In this document: in pieces, positions 40,218 through 52,292 of the stretch
Layout of the letters: every line of letters begins with the position of its first letter
Numbering within the stretch: position 1 is the stretch's first letter
DNA from: an uncultured Clostridia bacterium
GTDB taxonomy: Bacteria > Bacillota > Clostridia > TANB77 > CAG-508
Direction: 5' to 3'
NCBI GenBank assembly: GCA_934157035.1
Contig: CAKPHG010000001.1
Coordinates: forward strand, 137,342 to 201,341
DNA: 64,000 nucleotides
Notes under the pieces: generated by a model
The model's input: only the letters and a program-made list of their open reading frames with translations
Databases searched by the model: none
What the model was told of the DNA's origin: nothing
Program-made: the position numbers and the translations under genes

Positions 40218-40802
40218 TTATTTCTCCTTTTTTTGTAATTTATTTATAAACGCTTTTTCTATCTCTTTATATAATTCCATAACTTCAATGTTTTCGTTAT
40301 TTCTTAATTTATATATTAAACTAGAACATACAAAACCAAATATTCCTGAAGCAACTACATTTGAATCTAAATTACTTATTTCTCCTTTTTTTATTCCTTC
40401 TTTTACTATTTGTTCTATCATTTCTATATATTCAAATACAATGCTTCTACACATTTTCGAACGCTCACTTGTACCCCATATTTCACTTAATATTATTGTT
40501 ATAAAATTTTCATATTTTACTAATACCTTTATTTGTATTAATATTATTGCTCTTATTTTATCTATAGAATTTGTCATTTTGTCTGTTTTTATTTCTATAC
40601 TATTTTTTAAAAGCTTTACTCCTTCTTCTACTAAGAACTTAAATATTTCTTCTTTACTAGAAAAATGATAATATAATGTACCTTTTGCTACACCTACCGT
40701 TGCTGTTATTTCTTCTACCGATGTCGCATCATATCCTTTTTCTGCAAATAATTTCATTGATGTTTCAAATATTTTTCTTTTTGTTTTATTCATTATTCTC
40801 AC
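40218..40802 (-). CDS. TetR/AcrR-family transcriptional regulator
   Basis: It has an N-terminal HTH (FAEKGYDATSVEEITATVGVAKGTLYYHF). Confidence 0.75.
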   Translation of the reverse strand: MRIMNKTKRKIFETSMKLFAEKGYDATSVEEITATVGVAKGTLYYHFSSKEEIFKFLVEEGVKLLKNSIEIKTDKMTNSIDKIRAIILIQIKVLVKYENFITIILSEIWGTSERSKMCRSIVFEYIEMIEQIVKEGIKKGEISNLDSNVVASGIFGFVCSSLIYKLRNNENIEVMELYKEIEKAFINKLQKKEK

Positions 40803-40924
40803 CTTTATAAATAAAATCTTTATTAATTATATATTTTTATCTGCTTTTTTGCAAGTATCTTTTGTTTTTTTGACTACGTGTTCAAATACATTTAAAGGGA
40901 GATTTAAAATCTCCCTTTTGTCTT

Positions 40925-41926
40925 TTATCTTCTTTTTCCATCTAAAGAATCTAAATTATCCAATGCTTTTCCTGTACCTAATGCTACACATGACACTGCA
41001 TCTTGTGCAATCATTACATTTATTCCTGTTTTTTCTTGTAATAATTTATCTAATCCGTCTACTAAACAACCTCCACCTGTCATATAAATTCCTTTGTCAC
41101 TAATGTCTGCTGCAAGTTCTGGTGGTGTTTTTTCTAATACTGAATGAACTGCGTCTACTATCATCATAGCTGGTTCCATTAATGCTTCTAACATTTCACT
41201 TGATTTAACTGCTATTGTTCTTGGAAGTCCAGTAGTTAAATCTCTTCCTCTTACATCCATTTCTACATCTTGTATTTTTGGATATACACATCCTATATTA
41301 ATTTTTAAATCTTCAGCTGTTCTTTCACCAATTATCATATTATATTTTTTCTTTATATATTTTACTATATATTCGTCAAATTTGTCTCCAGCAACCTTTA
41401 AAGATGTGCTAACAACACTTCCTCCTAAAGAAATAACTGCTATGTCTGTTGTTCCTCCTCCTATATCTACAACCATATTTCCACATGGTTTAGAAATATC
41501 TATTCCTGCTCCTATTGCTGCTGCTATTGGTTCTTCTATTAAATATACTTTTCTTGCTCCCGCTTGTGAAGCTGCATCTATTACTGCTTTTTTTTCTACT
41601 TCTGTAACTTGTGAAGGTATACATATCATAATTCTAGGTGCAAAAATAAACCTTCCACATACTTTATTTATAAAATATTTTAACATTTTCTCTGTCTCTG
41701 TGTAGCTAGAAATAACTCCTTCTCTTAAAGGTCTTGTAGCTACTATGTTTCCTGGTGTTCTTCCAAGCATTCTTCTTGCTTCTTTTCCTACTGCTAGTAC
41801 ATTTCCTGTATTATTATCTACAGCTACTACTGATGGCTCGCGAAGTACTATTCCTTTTCCTTTTACGTATGCAATAACTGTTGCAGTTCCTAAATCGATT
41901 CCTATATCTTGTCCAAAATCAAACAT
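40925..41926 (-). CDS. Rod-shape-determining actin homologue MreB/Mbl
   Basis: It is 333 aa with MreB motifs (GIDLGTATV, VDIGGGTTDIAV). Confidence 0.85.
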   Translation of the reverse strand: MFDFGQDIGIDLGTATVIAYVKGKGIVLREPSVVAVDNNTGNVLAVGKEARRMLGRTPGNIVATRPLREGVISSYTETEKMLKYFINKVCGRFIFAPRIMICIPSQVTEVEKKAVIDAASQAGARKVYLIEEPIAAAIGAGIDISKPCGNMVVDIGGGTTDIAVISLGGSVVSTSLKVAGDKFDEYIVKYIKKKYNMIIGERTAEDLKINIGCVYPKIQDVEMDVRGRDLTTGLPRTIAVKSSEMLEALMEPAMMIVDAVHSVLEKTPPELAADISDKGIYMTGGGCLVDGLDKLLQEKTGINVMIAQDAVSCVALGTGKALDNLDSLDGKRR

Positions 41927-42111
41927 CTAAATCTTCCTTTCAGTATTATATTCTTCTCATTTTATTTCTTTTTTATTACATTTCTGTTGCAATTATATTA
42001 CAGTTTTCTTAAAATAGCAATGTTTTTTTGTTAATTTAAATATAAAATAAAAGACTATTTATATAAATCTAAAACTCTCAAAGTTTTTTATTTATATAAA
42101 CAGTCCTAATT

Positions 42112-42606
42112 CTAAAACATTATACAGTATTCCAAAATTAAATATGCAGATGTACCAATAGCTATTGCATTTTCTAGATTAATATTTCTTTGTATTACTA
42201 AGAATATATTATCTATTTTTTGTTGTGGCTTTTCAGTTATAATGTCTACTTCTGCCTTTTCTACTTTATTAAATTTAAAATGAACTTCAAATTCTTTTTC
42301 TTCTTTTGCGTTTAATTCATCTATTTCTACATATTTAGTTCCCATTAAAATATCATTTTTTGAATAAAGTTTAATCTCTAGATATTTATTTTTTATAATA
42401 TTTTCTGTATCATTTATTATTTTTCCTTTTATAAACCCATTTACTGAAGATGCTTGTAATTCTGTTTCCATTTTTATTGGAGTCTTTACTACAACTGTTT
42501 TATATTCAAACATTGTATCTAGTGTAAAATAAATAACTACTTGTGAAAATATATAAAAAAGAACTACTAATAAAAAATAGATAAAAAATGTTTTCATTCT
42601 TGCCAT
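42112..42606 (-). CDS. Hypothetical membrane-anchored protein
   Basis: It is an ORF in the track with an N-terminal TM helix. It lies downstream of lexA. Confidence 0.4.
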   Translation of the reverse strand: MARMKTFFIYFLLVVLFYIFSQVVIYFTLDTMFEYKTVVVKTPIKMETELQASSVNGFIKGKIINDTENIIKNKYLEIKLYSKNDILMGTKYVEIDELNAKEEKEFEVHFKFNKVEKAEVDIITEKPQQKIDNIFLVIQRNINLENAIAIGTSAYLILEYCIMF

Positions 42607-42632
42607 TTTTTATTCTCCATTCTATTTTATTT

Positions 42633-43289
42633 TTACATTTTTCTAAATACTCCTGCTACTTTACCTAAAATTTCACAATTTGGAACTATTATTGGATCCA
42701 TTGTACTGTTTTCTGGTTGTAAACGTATATGATCTTTTTCTTTATAAAAAGTTTTTACTGTTGCTTCATCTCCAATTAAAGCTACTACTATTTCTCCATT
42801 ATTAGCTACATTTTGTTTTTTTACTAAAATATAGTCTCCATTTAGAATTCCCGCTTCTATCATACTTTCTCCACGAACTGTAAGCATAAAGCTTTCTGAA
42901 TTTCCGACAAAATCGATTGGTATTGGGAAAGTATCTGTAACATTTTCTACAGCTAAAATTGGTTCTCCAGCTGTTATTTTGCCTATGACTGGTACTTCTA
43001 CCATTTCTCTTCCTGAATAGAAATTTTTGTCTTCTTTTATTTTCTCTTTATTGTCTGCTCCTTTTAATAAACGAAGTGTTCTTCCTTTTTGATCTTCTTT
43101 CTTAATATAACCTTTTTCAGCAAGTTTAGCTAAATAGCCATGCACTGTTGCTGTTGAACTTAACCCAACAGCTTTTCCTATTTCTCTAACTGATGGTGGA
43201 TATCCTTTTTCATTAACTTGTTTTTCAATGAAATTTAATATTGATTTTTCTCTTTTATTTAATTGCATAGGATCTTTCTTTGCTTTCAT
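42633..43289 (-). CDS. lexA: LexA repressor
   Basis: It has an HTH ([15 protein letters not shown]) and a peptidase S24 domain (VRGESM, Ala-Gly cleavage context). Confidence 0.9.
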   Translation of the reverse strand: MKAKKDPMQLNKREKSILNFIEKQVNEKGYPPSVREIGKAVGLSSTATVHGYLAKLAEKGYIKKEDQKGRTLRLLKGADNKEKIKEDKNFYSGREMVEVPVIGKITAGEPILAVENVTDTFPIPIDFVGNSESFMLTVRGESMIEAGILNGDYILVKKQNVANNGEIVVALIGDEATVKTFYKEKDHIRLQPENSTMDPIIVPNCEILGKVAGVFRKM

Positions 43290-43392
43290 TTACATCACTC
43301 CTAATTTTAATTTCTTATATAATATCATACAAACAAAAGAATGTCAAACAAAAGTTTTAATTTTGTTTGACATTTTTCATTTTATTTATATT

Positions 43393-45002
<1,610 letters not shown>

Positions 45003-45049
45003 TGTTTCTCCTTACCCAGGACAAAAATTGACCCGTCCCCAAATGTCCT

Positions 45050-46057
45050 TTAATAATCTAGTCTCATCGCTTTTTTTACCTTTTTCATCGTTTCTTTTGC
45101 TGTTTTTTGAGCTTTTAAAGTTCCTTCCATTAATATTTTATCTACTATTTCTGGATGTTCTTCATAATATGCTCTTTTTTCTCTTATTGGTTTTAATGTG
45201 TCTGATATATTTTTAGCAAGTTCACGCTTACATGCTACGCATCCTCTTGCTCCTGCTTTACATTCTGCACATACTGTATTTACTTCTTCTTCCTTGCTAA
45301 ATAATTTGTGATAATAATATACCATACATATATCTGGGTTTCCTTTATCATCTTTTTTTATTCTTCCTGGATCTGTTACTGCGCTCATTACTTTTTTAGT
45401 TATTTCTTCTTCTGAATCTGATAGATATATTGCATTTCCTAAAGATTTACCCATTTTTTCGTTTCCATCTAATCCTTTTATTCTTCCTGCACTTGATAGT
45501 ACTGGTTCTGGTTCTACTAAAGTTTCCCCATATATTGAGTTAAATTTTCTTACTATTTCTCTACATTGTTCAATTAATGGAAGTTGGTCTTCTCCTACTG
45601 GTACTAATTCTCCTTCAAAACATGTTATATCTGCTGCTTGACTTACTGGATATCCTAAAAAACCATACGTAACACTTTCTCCAAACAAATCTTTCTTTTG
45701 AGCTATTTCTGTTTTTACTGTTGGGTTTCTTTGAAGTCTTGCTATTGTTACTAAATTTGAATAAAATACTGTAAGTTCTGCAACTTCTGGTATCATTGAT
45801 TGGATGTATATTGTTGTTTTTTCAGGATCTATTCCACACGCTAAATAGTCCATTGCTACTTCTCTGACATTTTTTCTTACTTTATCTGGATTATTAAAGT
45901 TATCTGTTAATGCTTGAACATCTGCTATTAATATGTATGGATCATATAATCCTGAATTTTGCATTTCTACTCTCTTTTTTAAAGATCCAAAATAATGTCC
46001 TATATGTAATCTTCCTGTTGGTCTATCTCCTGTTAATATACGTTTTTTATCTGCCAT
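45050..46057 (-). CDS. trpS: Tryptophan--tRNA ligase
   Basis: It has a HIGH motif (TGRLHIGHY) and a KMSKS motif (KMGKSLGN). Confidence 0.9.
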   Translation of the reverse strand: MADKKRILTGDRPTGRLHIGHYFGSLKKRVEMQNSGLYDPYILIADVQALTDNFNNPDKVRKNVREVAMDYLACGIDPEKTTIYIQSMIPEVAELTVFYSNLVTIARLQRNPTVKTEIAQKKDLFGESVTYGFLGYPVSQAADITCFEGELVPVGEDQLPLIEQCREIVRKFNSIYGETLVEPEPVLSSAGRIKGLDGNEKMGKSLGNAIYLSDSEEEITKKVMSAVTDPGRIKKDDKGNPDICMVYYYHKLFSKEEEVNTVCAECKAGARGCVACKRELAKNISDTLKPIREKRAYYEEHPEIVDKILMEGTLKAQKTAKETMKKVKKAMRLDY

Positions 46058-46074
46058 AAGTATTCCCCCTGTAT

Positions 46075-47325
46075 TTATTTCATATTTTCTTCTACATTTT
46101 GTTTTAATATGTTTAATCCTTTTAGCAATGTTTCTTCGTCTATTGTTAATGGTGGCATTATTTTTACAACAGAATTATTTCTTCCTGCACGTTCAACTAT
46201 TAGTCCTGATTTAAAACAATCTGTTGAAATTTTCTTAGCTATAGTCTCATTATGAGTCTCTATTCCCCATATTAAACCAATTCCTCTTATTTCTATATTA
46301 GAATTTATTGGTTTTATTTCTTTTTCTAAGAATTCTTTAACTATTTCACCTTTTTGTCTTACTTTTTCTTCTATATGATTTTGTTTCATAAATTCTAATC
46401 CTGCTTTTGAAGCAACCATTGCTAATTGATTTCCTCTAAATGTTCCATTATGTTCTCCTGGTGCCCATATATCTAACTCTGGTTTTATTAATGTTAATGC
46501 AAATGGCATTCCATATCCACCTATTGATTTTGAAAGTGTTACCATATCTGGCACAATGTTTGCTCTTTCAAATGAGAAAAATGTTCCTGTTCTTGCATTT
46601 CCAACTTGAACATCATCTACTATTAATAAAATGTCGTTGTCATCACATAATTTTCTAAGTCTTTGTAGATAATCTTTTTCAAATACCCAAATTCCACCTT
46701 CTGCTTGTACTGTTTCTATTATAATTGCTGCTGGTTTTTCTATTCCAGAATGATCATCATCTAATATTGTTTGCATATAGTCTATTGTATCTAAATCTTT
46801 AAACATATATGGAGCTGGTATATGTGTAACATTTTCTAGGCTAACTCCTGCTCCTTGTCTAGATTCTTTATCACTAGTTAAAGCTAGAGAACCTAATGTC
46901 ATACCATGGAAACATCCCATTAAGCACCATATATTATTTCTTTTCTTTACTTTTCTAGCTAATTTTAGTGCTGCTTCTATTGCATTTGTACCTGTTGGTC
47001 CAGGAAATTGAATTTTATAATTTAAATTTCTTTCTTTTAATATTTCTTCTTCAAAATATTCAATAAAGTCTTTTTTAGCTTTTGTATACATATCTAAAGC
47101 ATGCATTATTCTATCATCTTGTAAATATTTTATTACTTTTTCTTTTATATAATCGTTATTGTGTCCATAGTTTACTGCTCCTGCTCCACAAAAGAAATCT
47201 ATATATTCTTTTCCATTTGTATCTTTTATGATAGATCCTTTTGCATAATCTAATACTTCTGTAAATACTCTACAATAAGATCTTACTTCTGATTCATATT
47301 TTTCAAAAACTTCTTTTTCTTCCAT
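46075..47325 (-). CDS. Class-III PLP aminotransferase (diaminobutyrate--2-oxoglutarate transaminase-like)
   Basis: It is 416 aa with the motifs GAGAVNYGHNN and DDVQVGNARTG and the Lys motif TLSKSIGG. Confidence 0.65.
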   Translation of the reverse strand: MEEKEVFEKYESEVRSYCRVFTEVLDYAKGSIIKDTNGKEYIDFFCGAGAVNYGHNNDYIKEKVIKYLQDDRIMHALDMYTKAKKDFIEYFEEEILKERNLNYKIQFPGPTGTNAIEAALKLARKVKKRNNIWCLMGCFHGMTLGSLALTSDKESRQGAGVSLENVTHIPAPYMFKDLDTIDYMQTILDDDHSGIEKPAAIIIETVQAEGGIWVFEKDYLQRLRKLCDDNDILLIVDDVQVGNARTGTFFSFERANIVPDMVTLSKSIGGYGMPFALTLIKPELDIWAPGEHNGTFRGNQLAMVASKAGLEFMKQNHIEEKVRQKGEIVKEFLEKEIKPINSNIEIRGIGLIWGIETHNETIAKKISTDCFKSGLIVERAGRNNSVVKIMPPLTIDEETLLKGLNILKQNVEENMK

Positions 47326-47338
47326 AATTTTTCTCCTT

Positions 47339-48049
47339 CTAATTAAATTCTCTATCTAATTTTTCAAATTCTTCTAACCTTTTTTTATAGGTTTCTATTG
47401 CTACATCTTCAAATGCCACACTTTCTTCTTGCCCCATTAATTTTAATATATATTTTGTAAAGTATGGATTTAGTACTAGTATTGGTCCTAGTAAATATGT
47501 TCCTATAAAATTATTTACTCTATATCCTTCATATTTTGATTCTGTATTTATTCCACTACCTTTTATAGATTCAAAAACATAATTATTTGAGTTATCTCCA
47601 TAGCTCATGCTAAATTGCGCTTTAAATCCTACTATTTTTATATCTTCTATTTTCCCTAAAAATAGTGAATTAAATCTATTCATCATTCTTCTTTTTGCAT
47701 ATATAGGTATTATATCTAGTCCATCAATTTTTGTTCCATCTTCATTTTCAATATATTTTCCAAATACTTCAAAGGCATTTCCTGTTAGTAAAAACACTTT
47801 ATTCTTTTCTATCAATTCTTTAATTCTATCTTTATATGGTTTTAATTTTTGTATTACTATTTCTTGTGTCTTTTCTGTCATAGGTGCCATATAAATTAAA
47901 TCTACATCTTCTTTCACAAATTTTGGTTCATCTGTTAAAGAAGTATATACGCATTCTACTTCTTTAATACTTTTTTGTAAATACTTTATATTAAACAAGT
48001 CTCCATATAAATTACATACTTCCGAAAATAAAACTTCAATTTTAATCAT
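47339..48049 (-). CDS. gatD: Lipid II isoglutaminyl synthase glutaminase subunit GatD (CobQ-like GATase)
   Basis: It is paired with and overlaps murT. It has a type-1 GATase fold. Confidence 0.6.
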   Translation of the reverse strand: MIKIEVLFSEVCNLYGDLFNIKYLQKSIKEVECVYTSLTDEPKFVKEDVDLIYMAPMTEKTQEIVIQKLKPYKDRIKELIEKNKVFLLTGNAFEVFGKYIENEDGTKIDGLDIIPIYAKRRMMNRFNSLFLGKIEDIKIVGFKAQFSMSYGDNSNNYVFESIKGSGINTESKYEGYRVNNFIGTYLLGPILVLNPYFTKYILKLMGQEESVAFEDVAIETYKKRLEEFEKLDREFN

Positions 48050-49430
48050 TATTAGTAGCCTCCTTTTTCTCAGTTAGTAATTTTTCAATGCTTTCTTTTA
48101 CTTTTCTTGCTGTTGGATCTGCATATAGTTCAAATAAAATATACACTGTTTCTCCTTTTTCTAATGATAGGTATTTTACAGTATCTAATTCATTTTCAGT
48201 ACATACAATTTTTTCTGCTGGAACTCCTGCTAGTAATAGTCTTAAATAATAATCCTTAGATCTAATTCCTCCTATTACTATTTTTTGTATATCTTCTGAA
48301 TTTAAAAATTCAAAGTCACAATCATAAAGCCATGTTATATTTTCTGTTGATGATTTTGCATCAAACACATCATCTAGCATTAAAATTATTTCTTTTTTTC
48401 CTTTTTCTTTTTTTACATAATCAAATACACATGAACAAGCTATTGGGTTTTGTCCCTTTGCCATATTGTATACTATATTTACTCCATTTAATTCTTCTTT
48501 TTGATATCTTGTCCCAGTTATATTTATTTTTTTAAATGTTTCTTGTATATTTTCTGTTGATAGTCCAAATTCTTTTAAAAGTGTAATTACTGCTATCATA
48601 TTATATATATTAAATATACTATTAGAAGATACCATTTGAAATTCTTTATGTTCTTCTTTATGGTTTACTGTTATTTTTTCATTTTCATAATCTATTTTTT
48701 CTACTGTATAATCCGGAGTTGGAGACTTAAAATTACAATTCGGACAATATGCATTTCCTATATGATGATATCTTACATAATTATATTGTAATTTAGTATT
48801 GCATTTAGGGCATATTCTCATATCATTTATTATATTTATTGATTCGTTTAAGTCTGTATCTAATTTATTTATAGCAAAATAAACTTTCTTATTCTCACTA
48901 GTTCCTAATGAACTACTTATTAAGTCATCTGCATTTAAAATTAAAGTTGTTTCTTTTGGCAACTCTTTATTTATTATTCCATGAATATATTCTGGATGAG
49001 CATTTCTTCTAATTGAATCTCTAAATAAATTTGTACAAATTAAGTATGTTGGTTTAATGTAAGGATATACTTTTAAAGAACTTCTTTCATCAATTTCAAA
49101 TACTGCTATTTCATACTTTTCTTTTTGTAGCCATGACATACCACTTATAAGACTACTTGCTATTCCAGAATTTACATTTGAACCGAATTTATTATTTAAC
49201 ACTTTATATCCATTTACTTGTAATGAATCTATTATTAAATTACATACTGTGGTCTTTCCATTTGTTCCCGTAACCCCTATAATCGTTTTAGGCTTTTTTA
49301 CTTTTTTTAAGAAATCTGGACATATTTTTATTGCTAATTTTCCTGGAAATTGAGTCGCATTTCTTCTTAAAATCTTTAACATTAATTGTATAAGCTTTGC
49401 AATATAAAAAGCAAAATAATATCTTAGCAT
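48042..49430 (-). CDS. murT: Lipid II isoglutaminyl synthase MurT (Mur ligase domain + DUF1727)
   Basis: It has the Mur ligase motif GVTGTNGKTT and a Cys4 zinc ribbon, CPKCNTKL...CPNCN. Confidence 0.7.
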   Translation of the reverse strand: MLRYYFAFYIAKLIQLMLKILRRNATQFPGKLAIKICPDFLKKVKKPKTIIGVTGTNGKTTVCNLIIDSLQVNGYKVLNNKFGSNVNSGIASSLISGMSWLQKEKYEIAVFEIDERSSLKVYPYIKPTYLICTNLFRDSIRRNAHPEYIHGIINKELPKETTLILNADDLISSSLGTSENKKVYFAINKLDTDLNESINIINDMRICPKCNTKLQYNYVRYHHIGNAYCPNCNFKSPTPDYTVEKIDYENEKITVNHKEEHKEFQMVSSNSIFNIYNMIAVITLLKEFGLSTENIQETFKKINITGTRYQKEELNGVNIVYNMAKGQNPIACSCVFDYVKKEKGKKEIILMLDDVFDAKSSTENITWLYDCDFEFLNSEDIQKIVIGGIRSKDYYLRLLLAGVPAEKIVCTENELDTVKYLSLEKGETVYILFELYADPTARKVKESIEKLLTEKKEATNND

Positions 49431-49553
49431 ATTTTTATTCCTCCTAATTTTAACGATTTTATTTTAGCACATTTTAATATAAAAAAATAGCTTTTGCATA
49501 AAAATAAATAAAAAAAATGAGTAAATTATATATAATCTACTCATTTTTCTTAT

Positions 49554-49823
49554 TTACGCTTTTGCATCCTCTACTGGATAAACACTGACTTGTTTTTTGT
49601 CTCTTCCAAGTCTTTCAAATTTTACATTTCCATCTACTAATGCAAATAATGTATCATCGCTTCCGATTCCTACATTTGTTCCTGGATGGAATTTAGTTCC
49701 TCTTTGTCTTACTAGAATGTTTCCAGCTAATACAAATTGACCATCTGCTCTTTTTAAACCAAGACGTTTTGATTCACTGTCTCTACCGTTTTTAACACTA
49801 CCTTGACCTTTCTTATGAGCCAT
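49554..49823 (-). CDS. rpmA: 50S ribosomal protein L27
   Basis: It starts [25 protein letters not shown]. Confidence 0.9.
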   Translation of the reverse strand: MAHKKGQGSVKNGRDSESKRLGLKRADGQFVLAGNILVRQRGTKFHPGTNVGIGSDDTLFALVDGNVKFERLGRDKKQVSVYPVEDAKA

Positions 49824-49878
49824 GTTTTCTCACTCCCTTCGTGTTTTATATATCCGTTTATAAATTTCTAAATTAAAT

Positions 49879-50280
49879 TTATTCTTCAACTTTTTCTGCT
49901 TTTTTTGCAGTTGTTTTTTTAGTTGTTTCAGCTTTTACTTCTGCTTTTTCTGCAGTAGCTTTTGCTGCTGGCATAGCTATTTTAGTAATTTCTACTTTTG
50001 TAAATGGTTGTCTATGTCCTTGTGTTCTTCTGTAGTTCTTTTTAGCTTTATATTTGTAAACGATAATTTTTTTACCTTTACCATTTTCAACTACTTTACC
50101 TTCTACTTTAATACCTTTTACATAAGGAGCTCCAACTTCTACTTTCTTGTCATCAGATACTAAAACTACTTTATCAAAAGTAACTTTTTTACCTTCTTCA
50201 GCATCTAATTTTTCGAAGAATACTACATCTCCTTCTGCTACTTTGTATTGTTTTCCACAGCTTTCAATTATTGCGTACAT
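49879..50280 (-). CDS. rplU: 50S ribosomal protein L21 with a Lys/Ala-rich C-terminal extension
   Basis: It starts [20 protein letters not shown]. Confidence 0.85.
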   Translation of the reverse strand: MYAIIESCGKQYKVAEGDVVFFEKLDAEEGKKVTFDKVVLVSDDKKVEVGAPYVKGIKVEGKVVENGKGKKIIVYKYKAKKNYRRTQGHRQPFTKVEITKIAMPAAKATAEKAEVKAETTKKTTAKKAEKVEE

Positions 50281-50400
50281 TAATTGTACACCTCCTCTTA
50301 TATGTATACTCGCTAAGCATAAAATACTAGGCAGTTAAAGTTAAACTTTAACATTTTAGGCCCGACCCAGGCGGCTTACAGATAAATATTTTAACATATT
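50281..50400 (-). promoter_or_regulatory. Probable ribosomal protein L21 leader (structured 5' UTR of rplU)
   Basis: There is a GC-rich structured segment (GCCGCCTGGGTCGGGCC) in the AT-rich UTR, in the position of the Firmicute L21 leader element. Confidence 0.4.
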
Positions 50401-50405
50401 AGGTT

Positions 50406-51122
50406 TTATTTGTCAATCTTTTCTAATTTAAATTTTAAATAATCTCCACTAATTAATTTAAAATCTATTCCTTCTATATTACCTTCTATAGCATCCTTAT
50501 GTGATGCACCATGTAAATGACCATAATAGCATTTACTTACATTATATTTTTTCATAATGTCTAAAAATTCTGAATTGTATGTATATATATTTTTCATACA
50601 AGATGCAAGAATTGGTGGATAATGCATAATACAAATTATTTCTTTTTCTTCTCCATATTTTTTTATTGCATCTTTTAAAGAAAGTTCTAATCTACCTGCT
50701 TCCCTTTTTACCATTTTTCTACTATTTTCTGTATCTAAAAGAGCCCAACCTCTTGTTCCAACAATTATTTTTTCTTCTATTAAAAAACTATTATTGTATA
50801 GAAAATCTATGTTTTCAAAGTTATTTTCTTCTAAATACTTTTTCATAGAAGTTACTGTAGTCCACCAATAATCATGATTACCTTTTAACATAATCTTATT
50901 TCCTGGAAGAGCACATAAATATTCAAAATCTTTATATGTATCTTCTAAATATGTAGCCCAAGAAAAATCTCCTGCAAGTATTACTGTATCTTCTTTCTTT
51001 ACTTTTTTGTTCCAATCTTCTTTAATTTTATCGGTGTAGCCTTGCCATCCATCGCCAAATATATCCATTGGTTTTTCTACTCCAAAAGGCAAGTGCAAGT
51101 CACCCATTACATATATTGACAT
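50406..51122 (-). CDS. Calcineurin-like metallophosphoesterase
   Basis: It has the motifs GDLH, GDFS, GNHD and GHLH. Confidence 0.7.
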   Translation of the reverse strand: MSIYVMGDLHLPFGVEKPMDIFGDGWQGYTDKIKEDWNKKVKKEDTVILAGDFSWATYLEDTYKDFEYLCALPGNKIMLKGNHDYWWTTVTSMKKYLEENNFENIDFLYNNSFLIEEKIIVGTRGWALLDTENSRKMVKREAGRLELSLKDAIKKYGEEKEIICIMHYPPILASCMKNIYTYNSEFLDIMKKYNVSKCYYGHLHGASHKDAIEGNIEGIDFKLISGDYLKFKLEKIDK

Positions 51123-51196
51123 ATTCCCTCCTTGTTAGTAGGGACGCTTCTTACTGACAGTTTTTTAAGTCAATAAGAATACTCCTTCCTTTACTT

Positions 51197-51448
51197 TTAT
51201 CTATTCTTCTTATACTCTTCTAACGCCATTGCAACTTGATCTGGGCAAGATGTTCCTTTATCTCTACATTGAATTCCTTTTAATATTTCTATTACTTCAT
51301 CTACTTTTCTATTTTGTACTAATTTTGAAACTCCTACAGTATTTCCAGGACATCCCCCTACTATTTTTAAACTCTTGATTATGTCATTTTCTATTTCTAA
51401 TATTATTTCTCTTGAACAAACTCCCTTTGGAGTGTATCTATATTCCAT
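51197..51448 (-). CDS. TSCPD-domain (TIGR03905-like) small Cys-rich protein
   Basis: It contains a literal TSCPDQ motif and conserved Cys residues. Confidence 0.6.
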   Translation of the reverse strand: MEYRYTPKGVCSREIILEIENDIIKSLKIVGGCPGNTVGVSKLVQNRKVDEVIEILKGIQCRDKGTSCPDQVAMALEEYKKNR

Positions 51449-51483
51449 CTTTTTCTCCTCGCTAATTAAATTTCTACCTTTTA

Positions 51484-52242
51484 TTATTTATTTTTAATAA
51501 TATCTTTTATAACTTCTCCTGCCATTGATAATCCTGCAACTGATGGTACAAATGATATACTTCCTGGAACTTGATTTCTTTCAGCACACTTTCTTTTTGT
51601 TCCAGGAGGACATATACAATTCGTTTTGCAACTACATTCTAATGTCTCATCTGGCTTTATTGGTTCTTCTTTTGAATAAATAACCTTTAGACTATCTATA
51701 TTTCTTTTTCTTAATTCTTTTCTCATTACTTTCGCTAGTGGACATATACTTGTTTTATAAATATCTGTTATTTCAAATTGCAATGGATCAAGTTTATTTC
51801 CTGTGCCCATTGATGAAATTACAGGAATATTCATTTTTTTGCATTGTTCTATAATTTCAATTTTAGCTGTAACTGTATCTACACAATCAACTACGTATGA
51901 CAAGCTTTCATCTATAATTTTCGTTTCAGAATCTGGCATAAAAAATTCTTGATATGTCTGAACATTTGCATTTGGATTTATTTCTAATATTCTTTCTTTC
52001 ATTATATCTACTTTGTATTTTCCTATTGTTTTTCTTGTTGCTATTATCTGTCTATTTAGGTTTGTTAAGCAAATTTTATCATCATCAATTAAAACAAAAT
52101 TATTAACTCCTGCTCTTACTAACCCTTCTACTACAAATGAACCTACTCCACCTATTCCAAATATTGCTACCTTTGCGTTTTGTAATTTTTCTATTCCTTC
52201 TTTTCCTATTAATAGTTCTGTTCTTGAAAATTGATTTAACAT
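51484..52242 (-). CDS. tcdA: tRNA threonylcarbamoyladenosine dehydratase (E1-like ThiF/MoeB family)
   Basis: It has the nucleotide-binding motif GIGGVGS. Confidence 0.7.
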   Translation of the reverse strand: MLNQFSRTELLIGKEGIEKLQNAKVAIFGIGGVGSFVVEGLVRAGVNNFVLIDDDKICLTNLNRQIIATRKTIGKYKVDIMKERILEINPNANVQTYQEFFMPDSETKIIDESLSYVVDCVDTVTAKIEIIEQCKKMNIPVISSMGTGNKLDPLQFEITDIYKTSICPLAKVMRKELRKRNIDSLKVIYSKEEPIKPDETLECSCKTNCICPPGTKRKCAERNQVPGSISFVPSVAGLSMAGEVIKDIIKNK

Positions 52243-52292
52243 CCTATTTTCCTTTCTATTTTTTCATTTTTTGTCAATAAAAAGTTTCCTTA

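Noticed and set aside
43290-43392. Canonical LexA/Cheo box upstream of lexA
   Set aside because: No GAAC-N4-GTTC match was found. Only the unrelated 14-bp palindrome is present, which is reported as a finding.
50281-50400. Possible protein-coding gene between the metallophosphoesterase gene and rplU
   Set aside because: There is no ORF with an RBS. The GC-rich structured sequence fits an rplU leader RNA better than a coding region.
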